This document shows positions 40,214 through 51,703 of a stretch of 59,200 nucleotides of DNA, in pieces (the first letter of the stretch is position 1; every line of letters begins with the position of its first letter). A model generated the notes under the pieces. The model searched no databases. It had not been told where the DNA came from and was given only the letters and a program-made list of their open reading frames with translations. The position numbers and the translations under genes were made by a program. The stretch comes from Pelomyxa schiedti. Its lineage: Eukaryota; Protista; Evosea. Where the stretch lies: the NCBI GenBank assembly GCA_020536535.1, contig JAHLWZ010000389.1:1-59200 (forward strand), written 5' to 3'.

Positions 40214-43095
40214 ATGGGGAAGGACAAGCCACGCAAGTCGACGTCGACTAAAAAGACGACTGTCGCAACAACAGCGTCAGAGGGGTCTACGGCACCTGTC
40301 GCGACACCGGCGAAACGCGCCGGCGATGGCGCAAAGCCAGAGTCGGTAAGGTCACTCGTGACCACAACCGTGGTGCTGTTCGTTGTGGCAATGGCTCTCC
40401 GTGAGGCCTATCGCATTAGGCTGTACGCTATAATCACTTACGGAAGGGTATTATTTCTTCTGTACTATTTTTTTTTGTTTGTTTGTTTGTTTCTCCTTCC
40501 TCTTCATTTCTCGCTTAAAACCGTGGTCAGATTATACACGAGTTCGATCCGTGGTTCAATATGCGTGCAACACAGTACCTTGCTGACCACGGTGCTCACG
40601 CCTTTTTCCACTGGTACGACTATGAGTCATGGTATCCCCTTGGACGGCCTGTTGGTACAACTATTTATCCAGGAATGCAGGTACCTGCATTTTTTCCTTG
40701 TTGACTGCATTCAACTTAATACACGAAGTTCACAGCAGTGGCAATATGGCGAATTCTCGGTTGGGTAGCCGGGCACTTCTCCAAGCTTTCCGGTTTGGCC
40801 ATGTCGCTAAATGATGTGTAAGCTAAACGTGGTCTGAAATTGCACCTCCAACAATGTGTTTAGGTGTGTCTTTATTCCTGCATGGTTTGGCGCTCTTGCT
40901 TCTGCTCTTCTCGGCCTTCTTACCATGGAGGTGAGTGGTGGGAACTTGTGGGCAGGAGTTGCGGGGACTTGTGTGATGGCCGTTATTCCGGCTCACCTAA
41001 TGAGGAGTGTTGGTGGTGCCTATGATAATGAGAGCGTGGCCATCTCTGCAATGTGTCTTACATTTTGGTTATGGTGCAGATCTCTACGGACTGCCCGATC
41101 TTGGTGGATAGGCGCCCTAGCTGGCTTAGCCTATGGCTATATGGTGGCGGCTTGGGGAGGATTTGTATTTGTGGGAAACATGGTTGGCATTCATGCTGCT
41201 TTCTTGGTATTTTCTGGGAAGTATTCCCCCTCGTTGCACCTGGCATATACTCTCTATTACGCAATTGGCACTTTCTGTGCAACTCGGGTCCCTGTTGTTG
41301 GAATGTCACCGTTTCAATCCATGGAGCAGCTTGGCCCGTTATGTGTATTCGTTGGAATGCACGTCTTTGCTGCAGTTCGAGTCCTCTCATACAAGAAACT
41401 GCAGCTCACCTGGAAGGAAAACAGGAATACGATTCTTTTCCTCTATGCTCTTGCTGGAATGGTCTTCATTATAATGCCTGTGTATATTTTGCATGCCCTT
41501 GGGTATTTCCGCCCAGCTTCAGCTCGTGTGAGCAGTTTGTTTGTGAAGCATACCCGCACAGGTACCTTTATTGCACATTATTTTCCAGTCGCTTATCCAC
41601 CTTTTAATAGGTAACCCTCTTGTTGATAGTGTTGCCGAGCATCAACCTGCTTCTTCTGAAGCGTATTGGTACTTCCTGCACTATCCGTACTACTTAATGC
41701 CAATTGGCTTTATGATCGCCGCCTCTCTTGGCATGGATCTCAAGCCGACCGCCAAACTTGAAGAATTTGAAAGTGGAGTAAGCTTGAGCAAATACTTCAT
41801 CATGCTTTATGCTGTCATTGCGTACTACTTCGCAAACAGGATGACCAGACTTATTATTCTTATGGGCCCTGTTGCATCAGCTCTCTCTGGCATAGCAATT
41901 GGCTTTGGTGTTCAATGGTGCTTTGGCCAATTCAGTGAAGTCATACACAGGTTTGTGTTAGACCCAAAAGTTGAACACAAGGAACAAGAGAAGCCCGTTG
42001 AGAAAGTCGAGAAGAAGTCCAAGATGAGCAAGAAAAAGGGCAGTAAGGCGTCTGAAGCCACATCTGCATCTACAGTTGACAACGCTGTTATACGCTTCCT
42101 TGAGCACTATGAGATTACACCTCTAGTTCCTGTTGCACGGGAAGTGACCAGCACGTACCGATCTCCATTTATGTTAATCTTGAGGGCCGTGTTTGCTGTA
42201 ATGATTCTGTTTGCTGCTTTAGTTCGTGCAAAGCATTTTTGGAATTACTGTGATCAATACAGCCTTTCGTCTTCACACCCGTCCCTCATGTTCCAAGCAA
42301 GACTCAATGATGGCAGTAATGTGATAATCAACGATTACATGGAAGCTTACTGGTGGCTGCGTGATTCCACGCCTCAGGTCTTAGTTATTTTAAGTTACTT
42401 CTCCCTAACTCAGCTAAAGGATTCCCGTGTTCTCTCGTGGTGGGATTATGGCTATCAAATCAGTGGTATTGGCAACCGCACAACACTTGCCGACGGGAAT
42501 ACATGGAATCTAGAGCACATTGCAACTGTGGGCCTTATGTTGGCTTCCAACGAGACCTACTCCCACAAGCTTGCCAGACATGTTGCCGACTACGTTCTAA
42601 TCTGGGCCGGCAACCCGCAGAGTGACGACCTTGCCAAATCACCGCACATTGCCCGCATAGCCAACAGCGTCTACGCCGACGTCTGCCCGCAGGTATTGAT
42701 TCCGCAACTATAAACAAACCCAGCAAGCACATCCACTAACCCCTCCGCACCAGGGCGACACACTCTGCCACCACTTCGGGTTCATGCAAGACGGAACCCC
42801 TACGCCGTCCATGGCCAACTCGCTGCTGTACAAGATGCACGAGCACGGGAATCACGGGGTGCAGGTCGACCCCAAGCTGTTCCGCGAGGCCTACCGCACC
42901 AAGTACGGGCTGGTGCGCATATTCGAGGTGCTGAACATCAGCCGCAAGTCCAAGCGGTGGGCCGCGGACCCAGCCAACCGCATATGCGACGCACCGGGCA
43001 GCTGGTACTGCACCGGGCAGTACCCCCCAGAGTTCCTCAAGCACGTGCCCAAGGGCTCCGTACCACAGACCCACCGCCACATCACCTACAACTAA
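40214..43095 (+). CDS. STT3: Oligosaccharyltransferase catalytic subunit STT3
   Basis: IHEFDPWFN, MRSVGGAYDNES, DSVAEH, WWDYGYQI, ADGNTWN, DLAKSPHIARI and KYGLVRIFEV. Confidence 0.97.
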
Positions 43096-43452
43096 CGTTC
43101 ACGTCAACACTAGCCATCAAAATAATCAAATTAGTGTTAGAAGATACGAGATTTTTCGTGTCCGCGTGTACTACCACCGAAAGTGCAGTTGCACATCGGG
43201 AATTGATTGGCCAATCAACAACAAAAAAATGAGCGAGAGGGGTGCGAAGTTGAGACGACGTTACCACGACACCAGCGCACCCGATGCCGAGTTGAGAATA
43301 AGCAAAAAACAGGTCATTATTTGTTTCGTATTTGTTGGGTTTTTTTGACACGTTAGAGCAGGGGGTTAAATTGGTTAAGTTAAATTTTTAATTTTACACA
43401 CTTACACATGGCATGTCTATGGCTATAGGCACCCAAATATGTTGGTGGGTAC

Positions 43453-44375
43453 ATGAGGCCTGTTGACAGACCCAGTGGAACGAGGCCGCAGCAGCGGCGG
43501 ACGCAGCGGGAAGCACCGCAGAAGGACGGGATTATCATGCTTACGAACCTGCCGACCGGGATGGAGGAGGAGGAGCTGAGGCAGTACTTCTCGCAGTTCG
43601 GGGAGGTGATCGGCGTGAGGATGCCTCGCAGCAGGCTCACGTCCAAGCCAAGGCACTATGCCTTCGTGAGGTTCAAGCTGCGTCCCGTGGCTGAAATCGC
43701 CGCTCAAGGTTCGTTTGGTTTGGTTGGGTTTGGTTGGCTTGGCTTTTTGTTTGGGAATATGTAATTCGAATTTGGGTATTTATACTTTCTATGCATTTAA
43801 AGTATTGTAATGGACTTCTTTAGTGTATTGATAGTAGCTCGCAACGGCCTCTAACCTCCAAAAAATTAAATCAAATTAAGCAATCGACGACTACATGATG
43901 ATGGGCAAGGTCATTAAATGTAAATGCTTAACAAGCAAGGGCAGTGACCCTTCTGAAACTCAAAGTGCTAGGTACCTCCTCACAACCTTTTTTGTTTTTC
44001 CCTGGGTAACATACAACCAGAGACCTGTTTGAGCTGAATGCTTTCACTAAGCCGAATGTAGTACCACTCATTGTCTCCAAACGGTCCAATGCGGAAAATC
44101 AGTTCTTGCTCAAGTACAGAGCAATTGTGACCTCAAGCGAATCCGCACAAGCAGCAGTAAACAAAGAGAGGCAGAAGCTCCACGCAACAATGAAGAAGCT
44201 CAAGCGCCTTGGAATTGATTACAATTTTAGCCTCATATCCACCCAACCACCCAACTTCACACCAAAACCCGCAACATTACACTTTACCTCCGCCGCACAA
44301 CAACAAGAACCCAACAACCAATCCACAACATCAACCACAACCACAACTCCAGACAAGGAGCCTGATTCTAACTGA
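43453..44375 (+). CDS. NIFK: Nucleolar RRM protein, NIFK/Nop15-like
   Basis: LTNLPTGMEEEELRQYFSQFGEV...SRLTSKPRHYAFVRF...VAEIAAQ, plus C-terminal KKLKRLGIDYNF. Confidence 0.78.
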
Positions 44376-44572
44376 CACAACAAACAATACCGCTACATAC
44401 ATTGGCTTGTATGAGGGAACTCAATTGAGGGAATAGCTACTGCACCATAACAAGTTCAGTGGGGTTTCAGTTTCTGAGTACACAAAAGGGGACAACCACA
44501 GCAATTTCCTCAACGTTCGTGTTGGCACATGAAAAAAAGATAGATAGGAAACAAAGCGGTTTTTTCTTTTTC

Positions 44573-45729
44573 CTAGTCCACACCCTCTGTCTTCTTCTTG
44601 GTTTTTTTGACACCAGAGCTTGTTGTGGCTGGTGCGGCGGTGGCTGGTGCTGCTGTTGTTGATGCTGCTGCGGGTGCGGGTGTGGTTGCGGCTGCTGCCT
44701 CTGTTGTTGATGCTGCTGCGGGTGCTGCGGGTTGTCCACCAGAGAACCTACCCTTGATCAGTTGCACTGGGAGAAAGAGAAAACTGTTAAACAGGAGTTG
44801 GAAATTGAGTTGGGGGCATACATAGAATGAAGGAGCCCATCATGATTATGATTCCATATCTCTGGAAGAATGACTTCTGCACCGGGCCAACAAGTTTTTT
44901 ACCACTGATCATTTTTACCTGGAAAGAAGTTAGATGGTTGTGAAACAAGCAATTAAAGGTACCATTTCTCCCTCCTTGTCCGATATAGTAAACATAAAGG
45001 CTGGGTGATTAAGTGATGCAACCAAGAACTGGTAAAAGTGTTGGACTTCCCCTGTGCCGGCATATGGGCCACTGGAGAAGAAGTAACCGTTTGACGTGTT
45101 ACTGAATGCAAACTCGAAGGCAACGGTGAGGGGCTGTGCTGATTTGTGGCGGCTGGAGTATTTTATTCCGTCGTGTGCCTCTTCGTCGTCCTCAACATCG
45201 CCGGCGGCTTCGTCATTATCTCCCTTCTGTCCTTTGCCCTCTGACCACTTTCCGGCCATGGCACTTGTGAATTCACTGTGTGTAAAAGACTGTGTCAATG
45301 AAGGTTAAAGAAGCAAAAGTGAAAGTGCATACATTTCAACAACACCCTTACTCTCTTCACCCACAAACCATCCATCAATGATAGTAAGGGAGCCATTTCT
45401 CTTCTCGAAAGTCACGTTAATTGTGTCCAAGTGTTCCAGAGAACCGGTTTCATCGTATCTTGTTACAGAGAGTTCCCAGTCCCTGGCAATACCATTACAA
45501 AATGCAACAGAGGTGCTAGGAAAAAAGAGCACGAAAGCGAGGTGCTATGTAGTAATTCAAATAAGTCCTTAAAACCCCATGAAAAAAAACTATTTTTCAA
45601 TACAAAGATACTCATTTACCCAGCGAAGTAGTCTGCGAACGATTTCACGCCCTGTTGAGCGGATCTAGCGGTACCAGCAACGAGGCAAAGAACTACAATA
45701 ACACCACACAGTCCCACTAATTTCCCCAT
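44573..45729 (-). CDS. Signal-peptide-bearing single-pass membrane protein with an Ala/Pro/Thr-rich tail (EMC10-like TM flank, weak)
   Basis: Signal-like MGKLVGLCGVIVVLCLVAGTA. KSFFQRYG precedes the TM. Tail PAAPAAASTT...KKTKKKTEGVD*. Confidence 0.62.
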
Positions 45730-46010
45730 GAATTAGATCTAGATCTCCCCTAGTGCCCCGACACGTGGCGATGTTGCTAATGTGATGAAGGTCAAGGAAT
45801 TAATTGAAAATCCGAAGCCCTGATCGCCGATGACTCCCCCATCAGACGTGTCACTCTAGTTTTGAATGTAGGATCAATTGGCTGTATTGGATTCTTTACA
45901 ACTGGAGCTTCCCTTCCAGTCCTTGTGGGATTCTGAAGACATTCTCAGAAGTGACCATTAGACGAACCAGACAAGGCAGGCAAAAAACAAAAAAAAAAAG
46001 CAACCGAGAA

Positions 46011-46920
46011 ATGGTTTCACTGCGGTCGTCCAAGACGCCTGACCTCGTCATTCGATCGGTACGCCACTACCACTACCCACACCCCCATAATACACGCTCA
46101 GCAGCAGCACAACCACCGCAAATAACAAACACAACAGGTGTTCAACAAGTACGACACTGACAGGAGTGGGTGGCTTGACCTCAAGGAACTCAGGGGGTTG
46201 TTCTACGACCTCGGGTTCCTCCTGGACGCTGAGGAAGTGGCCGAGATAGCACAGGAGCTGGACACCGACGGCACAAACAGGGTGGAGTTCGTGGAGCTGA
46301 ACAACTGGTGGCACAAGAGCGACAAGTTCCGTGACCTAGACCCTGAGCACCTGGAGCTCAGAAGGGAGTCCGCAAGTATGTGTGCCTGTCAAATTACTAG
46401 ATAGTAACAAACTCACTATTTGTTGTTGGGGGGTTTTTTGTTTAATGTTTTCATAATGTATTACAGGGTAGTTTAATACTAAATTGGGGGTACATAGTAC
46501 TTTTTCTTGGGATGTTTGTGGTAGTGCGCGCATATAAGCTAACAATGTGTGGTCTAGCGTACTTCAACTACTTTGATAGAGACAAGACTGGACAGTTGTC
46601 TCGCACTGAGTTTTCACAGCTATGGGCTGACTTGATGAAAAATGGAGTAGTCACTTCCTCTCTTGAGAAGGCACTTGGGGTTCTGGATGGGAATCATGAT
46701 GGAAACATCTCCTTTAATGAGGTAACACCGCTTTCTTTATGTTAAGTGAATGAATTTATGCAACTCGGGCAACATAAAAAATCAAACACACTAAGTAATG
46801 AAAAGTTTCGAAGGAAGAGAAAACATCTTCAATAATCTCTGTACATTTTAAACCTGATATCCTTTTTAACAGTTCATGGACTTTGCCGTTCACGATTATC
46901 AACTGCGAAGCTCCTCTTAA
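46011..46920 (+). CDS. Four-EF-hand calcium-binding protein
   Basis: Loops DTDRSGWLDLKE, DTDGTNRVEFVE, DRDKTGQLSRTE and DGNHDGNISFNE. Confidence 0.85.
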
Positions 46921-46989
46921 GAACTCAATTTATAATATTCATAAAGAAAAGCAAACCTTGATTGTAAATGCTATTCACAATTTCTTCTT

Positions 46990-48879
46990 TCAGCTCGAAC
47001 TCTGTTGTATTGGTGCCAATTTCCGCGGTTGCAGTGGAGGTAGAACTTCCCGTTGAATACTACTGGCGGATGAGTGCGGTGATATTGGAGGGAGTCCTGT
47101 GGCTCCTCTTGGGCTGGTGTATGACCTAGGTGATACTTTGTGAGTGTGAACTTGTTGCTGCGGTGTATTTGAGGAAACCACAGAGTGTTGGCCTGCTTTC
47201 AGAGGTGGCATTGAAGAAGTGTATTTAGAGGTGGAGTGCGGGGATGCAGGGTGTGGCTGTGTGTGATGCGGTGACTGCGGAAGTGCATTATGTGGGGACT
47301 GGGGTTGGGGTAAATGTGGAAATACAATTTGGTGTGGAGAATGAGGCGGTGATGAAATTGGGGGTGGGTGTGTGCAATGTGGTGACTGCGGAAGTGCATT
47401 GTGTGGGGACTGAGGTTGCGGTAACTGCGGAAAGACGATCTTATGTGGGGATTGTAGGGGTGTCATATTTGGTGGCGCTTTGCGCTGCAGAGGTGGGAGA
47501 ATTTTGTGTGGTGATTGCATTTGTATGGCTGCAGAGGAGTTATGACTGGGTATTTTCCTTGCAGATGGTGGCGAAGGTGGCGGTAGAGGCTGTGGCGGTG
47601 GCTGTAATTCTGGTTCAAGATCGTCATGTTGGTGTTGATTACCCTCAGCTTTAGGAGGTTCTACGTGCTGGTTCACAGGTGATGGTTCATTGCTTTCTTG
47701 TGTGCCGACATGTTTTGGTGAATTGGAACTAATTGGTTTATCGTGGCTGTGGTCTTGTTCCGTGGTATGGTCCACATTGTCCGCATTCTGTGATGTGTGT
47801 TGAGTGGGTGGTTCCGGTTGTTCCAAGCCATTGTTTTCAGGGTTAGGTATTTGTTCTTGGTTCGACTGTTCAAGTGGATCAACCACGTTTGTTTCATGTT
47901 CTTGTTCTTGTTCTTGTTCTTCAGGCCCTTGCTGTTCTCTCTCCCGTTGTTCCTTTATGGCTGCTAACTTCCTGTGTCAACTTTTTAATTTAAGAAAAGC
48001 CGGTATCATTTGTACCTGAGTCTTTCCTGCCGTTCTCTGGCATTAATTTCATTTTGCTCTTCTAAATCATGTAGAAGACGCGCAATTAGTTCTTTCTTTC
48101 GTTTACCGATCTCCTTTATTAGTTGTTTGAACCCTAGAAAAATAAATATAAAACGACGAGATAAAATAAACCTCTGTCAATATTGGGGTCGATGCCAGTT
48201 GGTGTTTCTGCTTTTGCAATGCAACAAACCGGCTCAATTGCTCTGAGAGAAGTTAACAGTGCTGTCGAAGAAAAGTTTCCTACAGGTCAGATAGTTGAAG
48301 CATTTCGATCAATCTGTCTCCTGAAAGAGCTCCTTCTATATCTTGTTTGTTTGCAAAAACAAGGACAGGTTTGCCCTGAAGCCATCTATGTGAGAGTGCC
48401 GACTTGATCACATCACGTGTATTGGCGACGTGTGCAGGATCCGTATCAGAGGCATCAACTACAACCACAACGCCATGGACTTCGGCATAGTATCTGGGCC
48501 TAAAACTTTTAGGTACCAAAACACGAAATAGCAGAAGCAATACCAAATTCCACGGAAGTTTTCGCAGCCACCCAAATCGAAGAGCTTGACAGTGTACCCG
48601 CTTACCCGCATATTCTCTGATGCAAACCCCACAGTAGGGGTAACAAATTCCTTTATTTCTTTTGGGAACAAATGCAAAGCAAAAATAAGCGCAACTGAAA
48701 CATGCACTGAGTGAGGGTAACTTACCACCCTTCAAGGCGGCTGTGAGCGTAGACTTTCCAGCATTATTCACGCCCAGCATAATGACGGTGAGCACCTTGA
48801 ATGAAGTAATTGCGCTCTTGCTTATGGCAACGGTTGGTGTACCACCGCTCACCGCCTGCACACTACTGCACGACCCCAT
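46990..48879 (-). CDS. ARL13B: ARL13B-like ciliary Arf-family GTPase with a coiled coil and a Pro-rich tail
   Basis: MLGVNNAGKST, PTVGF, FDLGG (no catalytic Q), RGIW|..YYAE and FANKQDIEGAL. N-terminal MGSC. Charged coiled coil, then a long Pro-rich C-terminus. Confidence 0.85.
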
Positions 48880-49513
48880 TTGCACGAAATAACTTCAGTT
48901 GATTGTGCAACTCTCCTTCGCCGCATTTTTTTCTTTTATGGCGATCTTGTGCATGGCTGGGGTTTTTTCCTTTGACAACATAACGAGCAGGGCAATGATG
49001 CCACAAAACATTCATTCACTTGGCACGTGACAAGACGCGTAGAAACGTCACATTTAGTTTTTCAGGAACAAAAAGATCAGATCTGTGTCCCATAGTCGGG
49101 ATTCGTGGGCGAGACCTGTGCGGAGAAGAGTTCTGTTCTGAGGTGCGATTCAGCAGGGGGAACCACTATTCTCGCAATTGAATTCTTTCTTCGTAACTTG
49201 ACGTGTTCAATTTTTCTTTTCTTCGATCTGTCAGTATTTATACAGCGACATGCCTGACACTTTTTTCTTTTTTTCTTTCAAGCAATCAACGCTCCTAGCG
49301 CAGATCACATCAAATATAAGGTAGGTGACCCAGCAACATCGTCGGCACCGTCGCACCCCGCGTAAATGCGACACCGCAAACATGCGCGCCTTGTCGCGTT
49401 TATGTTTTGCGTTTCAACGCTCTTTTTTTCCTTCTTTTCCGTTTCAACACGTTTTTTTGTTTTGTTTTGCCCTCACAGTGTATGACCTTTTTTTTGTAGT
49501 TTATCAATACACC

Positions 49514-51324
49514 ATGGGCAAGGACAAGATCCACATTAACGCAGTCGTCATCGGCCACGTCGACTCTGGCAAGTCCACAACAACTGGACACTTGATTTAC
49601 AAATGCGGTGGTATTGATAAGCGAACCATTGAGAAGTTCGAGAAGGAGGCCCAAGACATGGGCAAGGGTTCCTTCAAGTACGCCTGGGTCCTCGATAAGC
49701 TGAAGGCAGAGCGAGAGCGTGGTAAGTTTCTTATTGTTTTTATGAAATTATGCCTCTTTTTTAATCGATGTGTACTTGCAGGTATCACCATTGATATCGC
49801 TCTTTGGAAGTTCGAGACACCCAAGTACTACTACACCATCATCGATGCCCCAGGACACCGAGACTTCATCAAGAACATGATTACAGGAACATCCCAGGCT
49901 GATGTTGCCATGCTCGTCATTGCCTCTGGTGCCGGTGAGTTCGAGGCTGGCATCAGCAAGAACGGACAGACCCGAGAGCACGCACTTCTCGCCTTCACCC
50001 TTGGTGTCAAGCAAATGATCGTCTTGATCAACAAGATGGACGACAAGACAGTCAACTGGGGCGAGCCACGATACACTGAGATCAAGAGGGAGGTCAGCGA
50101 CTTCCTCAAGAAGGTCTGTGTTTCTACTCCAGGACTTTTGGCTTTCCCTAATATTGATTAAAGACCGGCTACAACCCCGACAAGATTAACTTCGTCCCCA
50201 TTTCCGGATGGTTGGGTGACAACATGATTGAGCGCAGCACCAACCTCGGATGGTACAGAGGACCAACCTTACTGGAGGCTCTCGACCTCATTGAGCCACC
50301 AAAGCGACCCATTGAGAAGCCACTCCGCATTCCTCTTCAGGATGTCTACAAAATTGGAGGCATTGGCACTGTATGCCGCTTCTCCCATTTACTTATATTC
50401 TCAACTAATTAGTAACTTCTAATACTAATACCACCTCCGCCCTATACCATTTCAAACTTACTCATCATATTTCCACAGGTACCAGTCGGCCGTGTTGAGA
50501 CCGGTGTTCTCAAGCCCGGAATGGTTGTTACCTTCGCCCCCGCCAACGTCACAACTGAAGTCAAGTCCATTGAGATGCACCACGAGGCCCTCCCCGAGGC
50601 CAAGCCAGGAGACAACATTGGGTTCAACGTCAAGAACGTCGCAGTCAAGGACATCCGACGTGGCTTCGTCGCCGGCGACTCCAAGAACGACCCGCCAAAG
50701 CAGATCGCCACCTTCGTCGCGCAGGTCATCGTGCTCGCCCACCCAGGGCAAATCTCGGCCGGCTACGCGCCAGTCCTGGACTGCCACACTGCCCACATTG
50801 CGTGCCGATTCTCTGAGCTCCAGGCCAAGATTGACAGGCGAACGGGCAAGGAGATGGAGGCGTCGCCGGCCGCCATCAAGACCGGAGACTCTGCCCTCGT
50901 GCTGATGGTTCCAAGCAAGCCCATGTGCGTTGAGAACTTCGCTGAGTACCCCCCACTTGGCAGGTTTGCCGTGCGTGATATGAGGCAAACAGTCGCCGTC
51001 GGCGTCATCAAGAGCAAGACCGAGGGAGTCTGCCAGACCGGAAAGGTCACCAAGTCCGCAGAGAAGGCCGCAAAGACAGCCAAGCCCGGCGCCACCCCAG
51101 CAGCTGCCAACGCCACCCCCGGAGCCACCCCAGCGGCCAAGCCCGCAGCCGCAGCAAAGCCCGCGGCCACCGGCGCAGCCAAGCCCGCAGCGACCCCAGC
51201 GGCCAAGCCAGCAGCAACACCGGCAGCTAAGCCCGCAGCAACCCCCGCGGCCAAGCCAGCGGCCACACCAGCAGCAAAGCCAGCAGCCGCTGCTAAGCCC
51301 GCCGCAGCAAAGAGAGGAAAGTAG
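49514..51324 (+). CDS. EEF1A: Elongation factor 1-alpha with a C-terminal repeat extension, copy 2
   Basis: Near-identical protein to copy 1, with the same three intron positions but different intron sequences. Tail at 51076-51321. Confidence 0.98.
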
Positions 51325-51703
51325 GTGCCCTCGATATCACCAACCCCCACGGTGTTTATTTTGTTAAGGTTTTGTTCCTGCCAAGTAAATAATAAACCTT
51401 TGTTTCCTATCCTATCCTACCTTTCCTTCATCCCTTTTCACTTTGTTTTTTAGTTTCTCAAACGGGGTTCATTTGAAATAGAACTCCATCTCCAGTTTCC
51501 TTTCTTGTGATTCGCATCCAATTTGAAAGCGAAGGCCAAAAATTCCCAATTTGGGGTGCAAGTTGGGGAACTGGTGACACTAACTCGGCCCTCAATTTAG
51601 AACCCTGGTTATAAGGCTCTCGCAAAAAAGTTAAAGCAAAGAAAAAAAGGGAAACAAAGCAAAGCAAACGCAAAGACAACAAACCAACAAGAAACAAAGC
51701 AGA

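Noticed and set aside
42378-42419. Several stop-free 3n introns (42378-42419 in STT3, 7741-7788, 49722-49781, and others in GxcDD, SGT and the kinase) as a regulated intron-retention system
   Set aside because: With many short introns in the window, a handful of stop-free 3n cases is expected by chance. A genome-wide count would be needed to claim enrichment.
46850-46872. atatcctttttaacag as a U12-type intron signal
   Set aside because: It is the ordinary pyrimidine tract and AG of a GT-AG intron, with no matching U12 donor.
49020-49060. CACGTG-like and CCAAT-like words in intergenic spacers (e.g. 49024, 45761, 43205, 30905) as defined promoter elements
   Set aside because: They are short words with no TSS data and no enrichment statistic, so they cannot be supported from this window alone.
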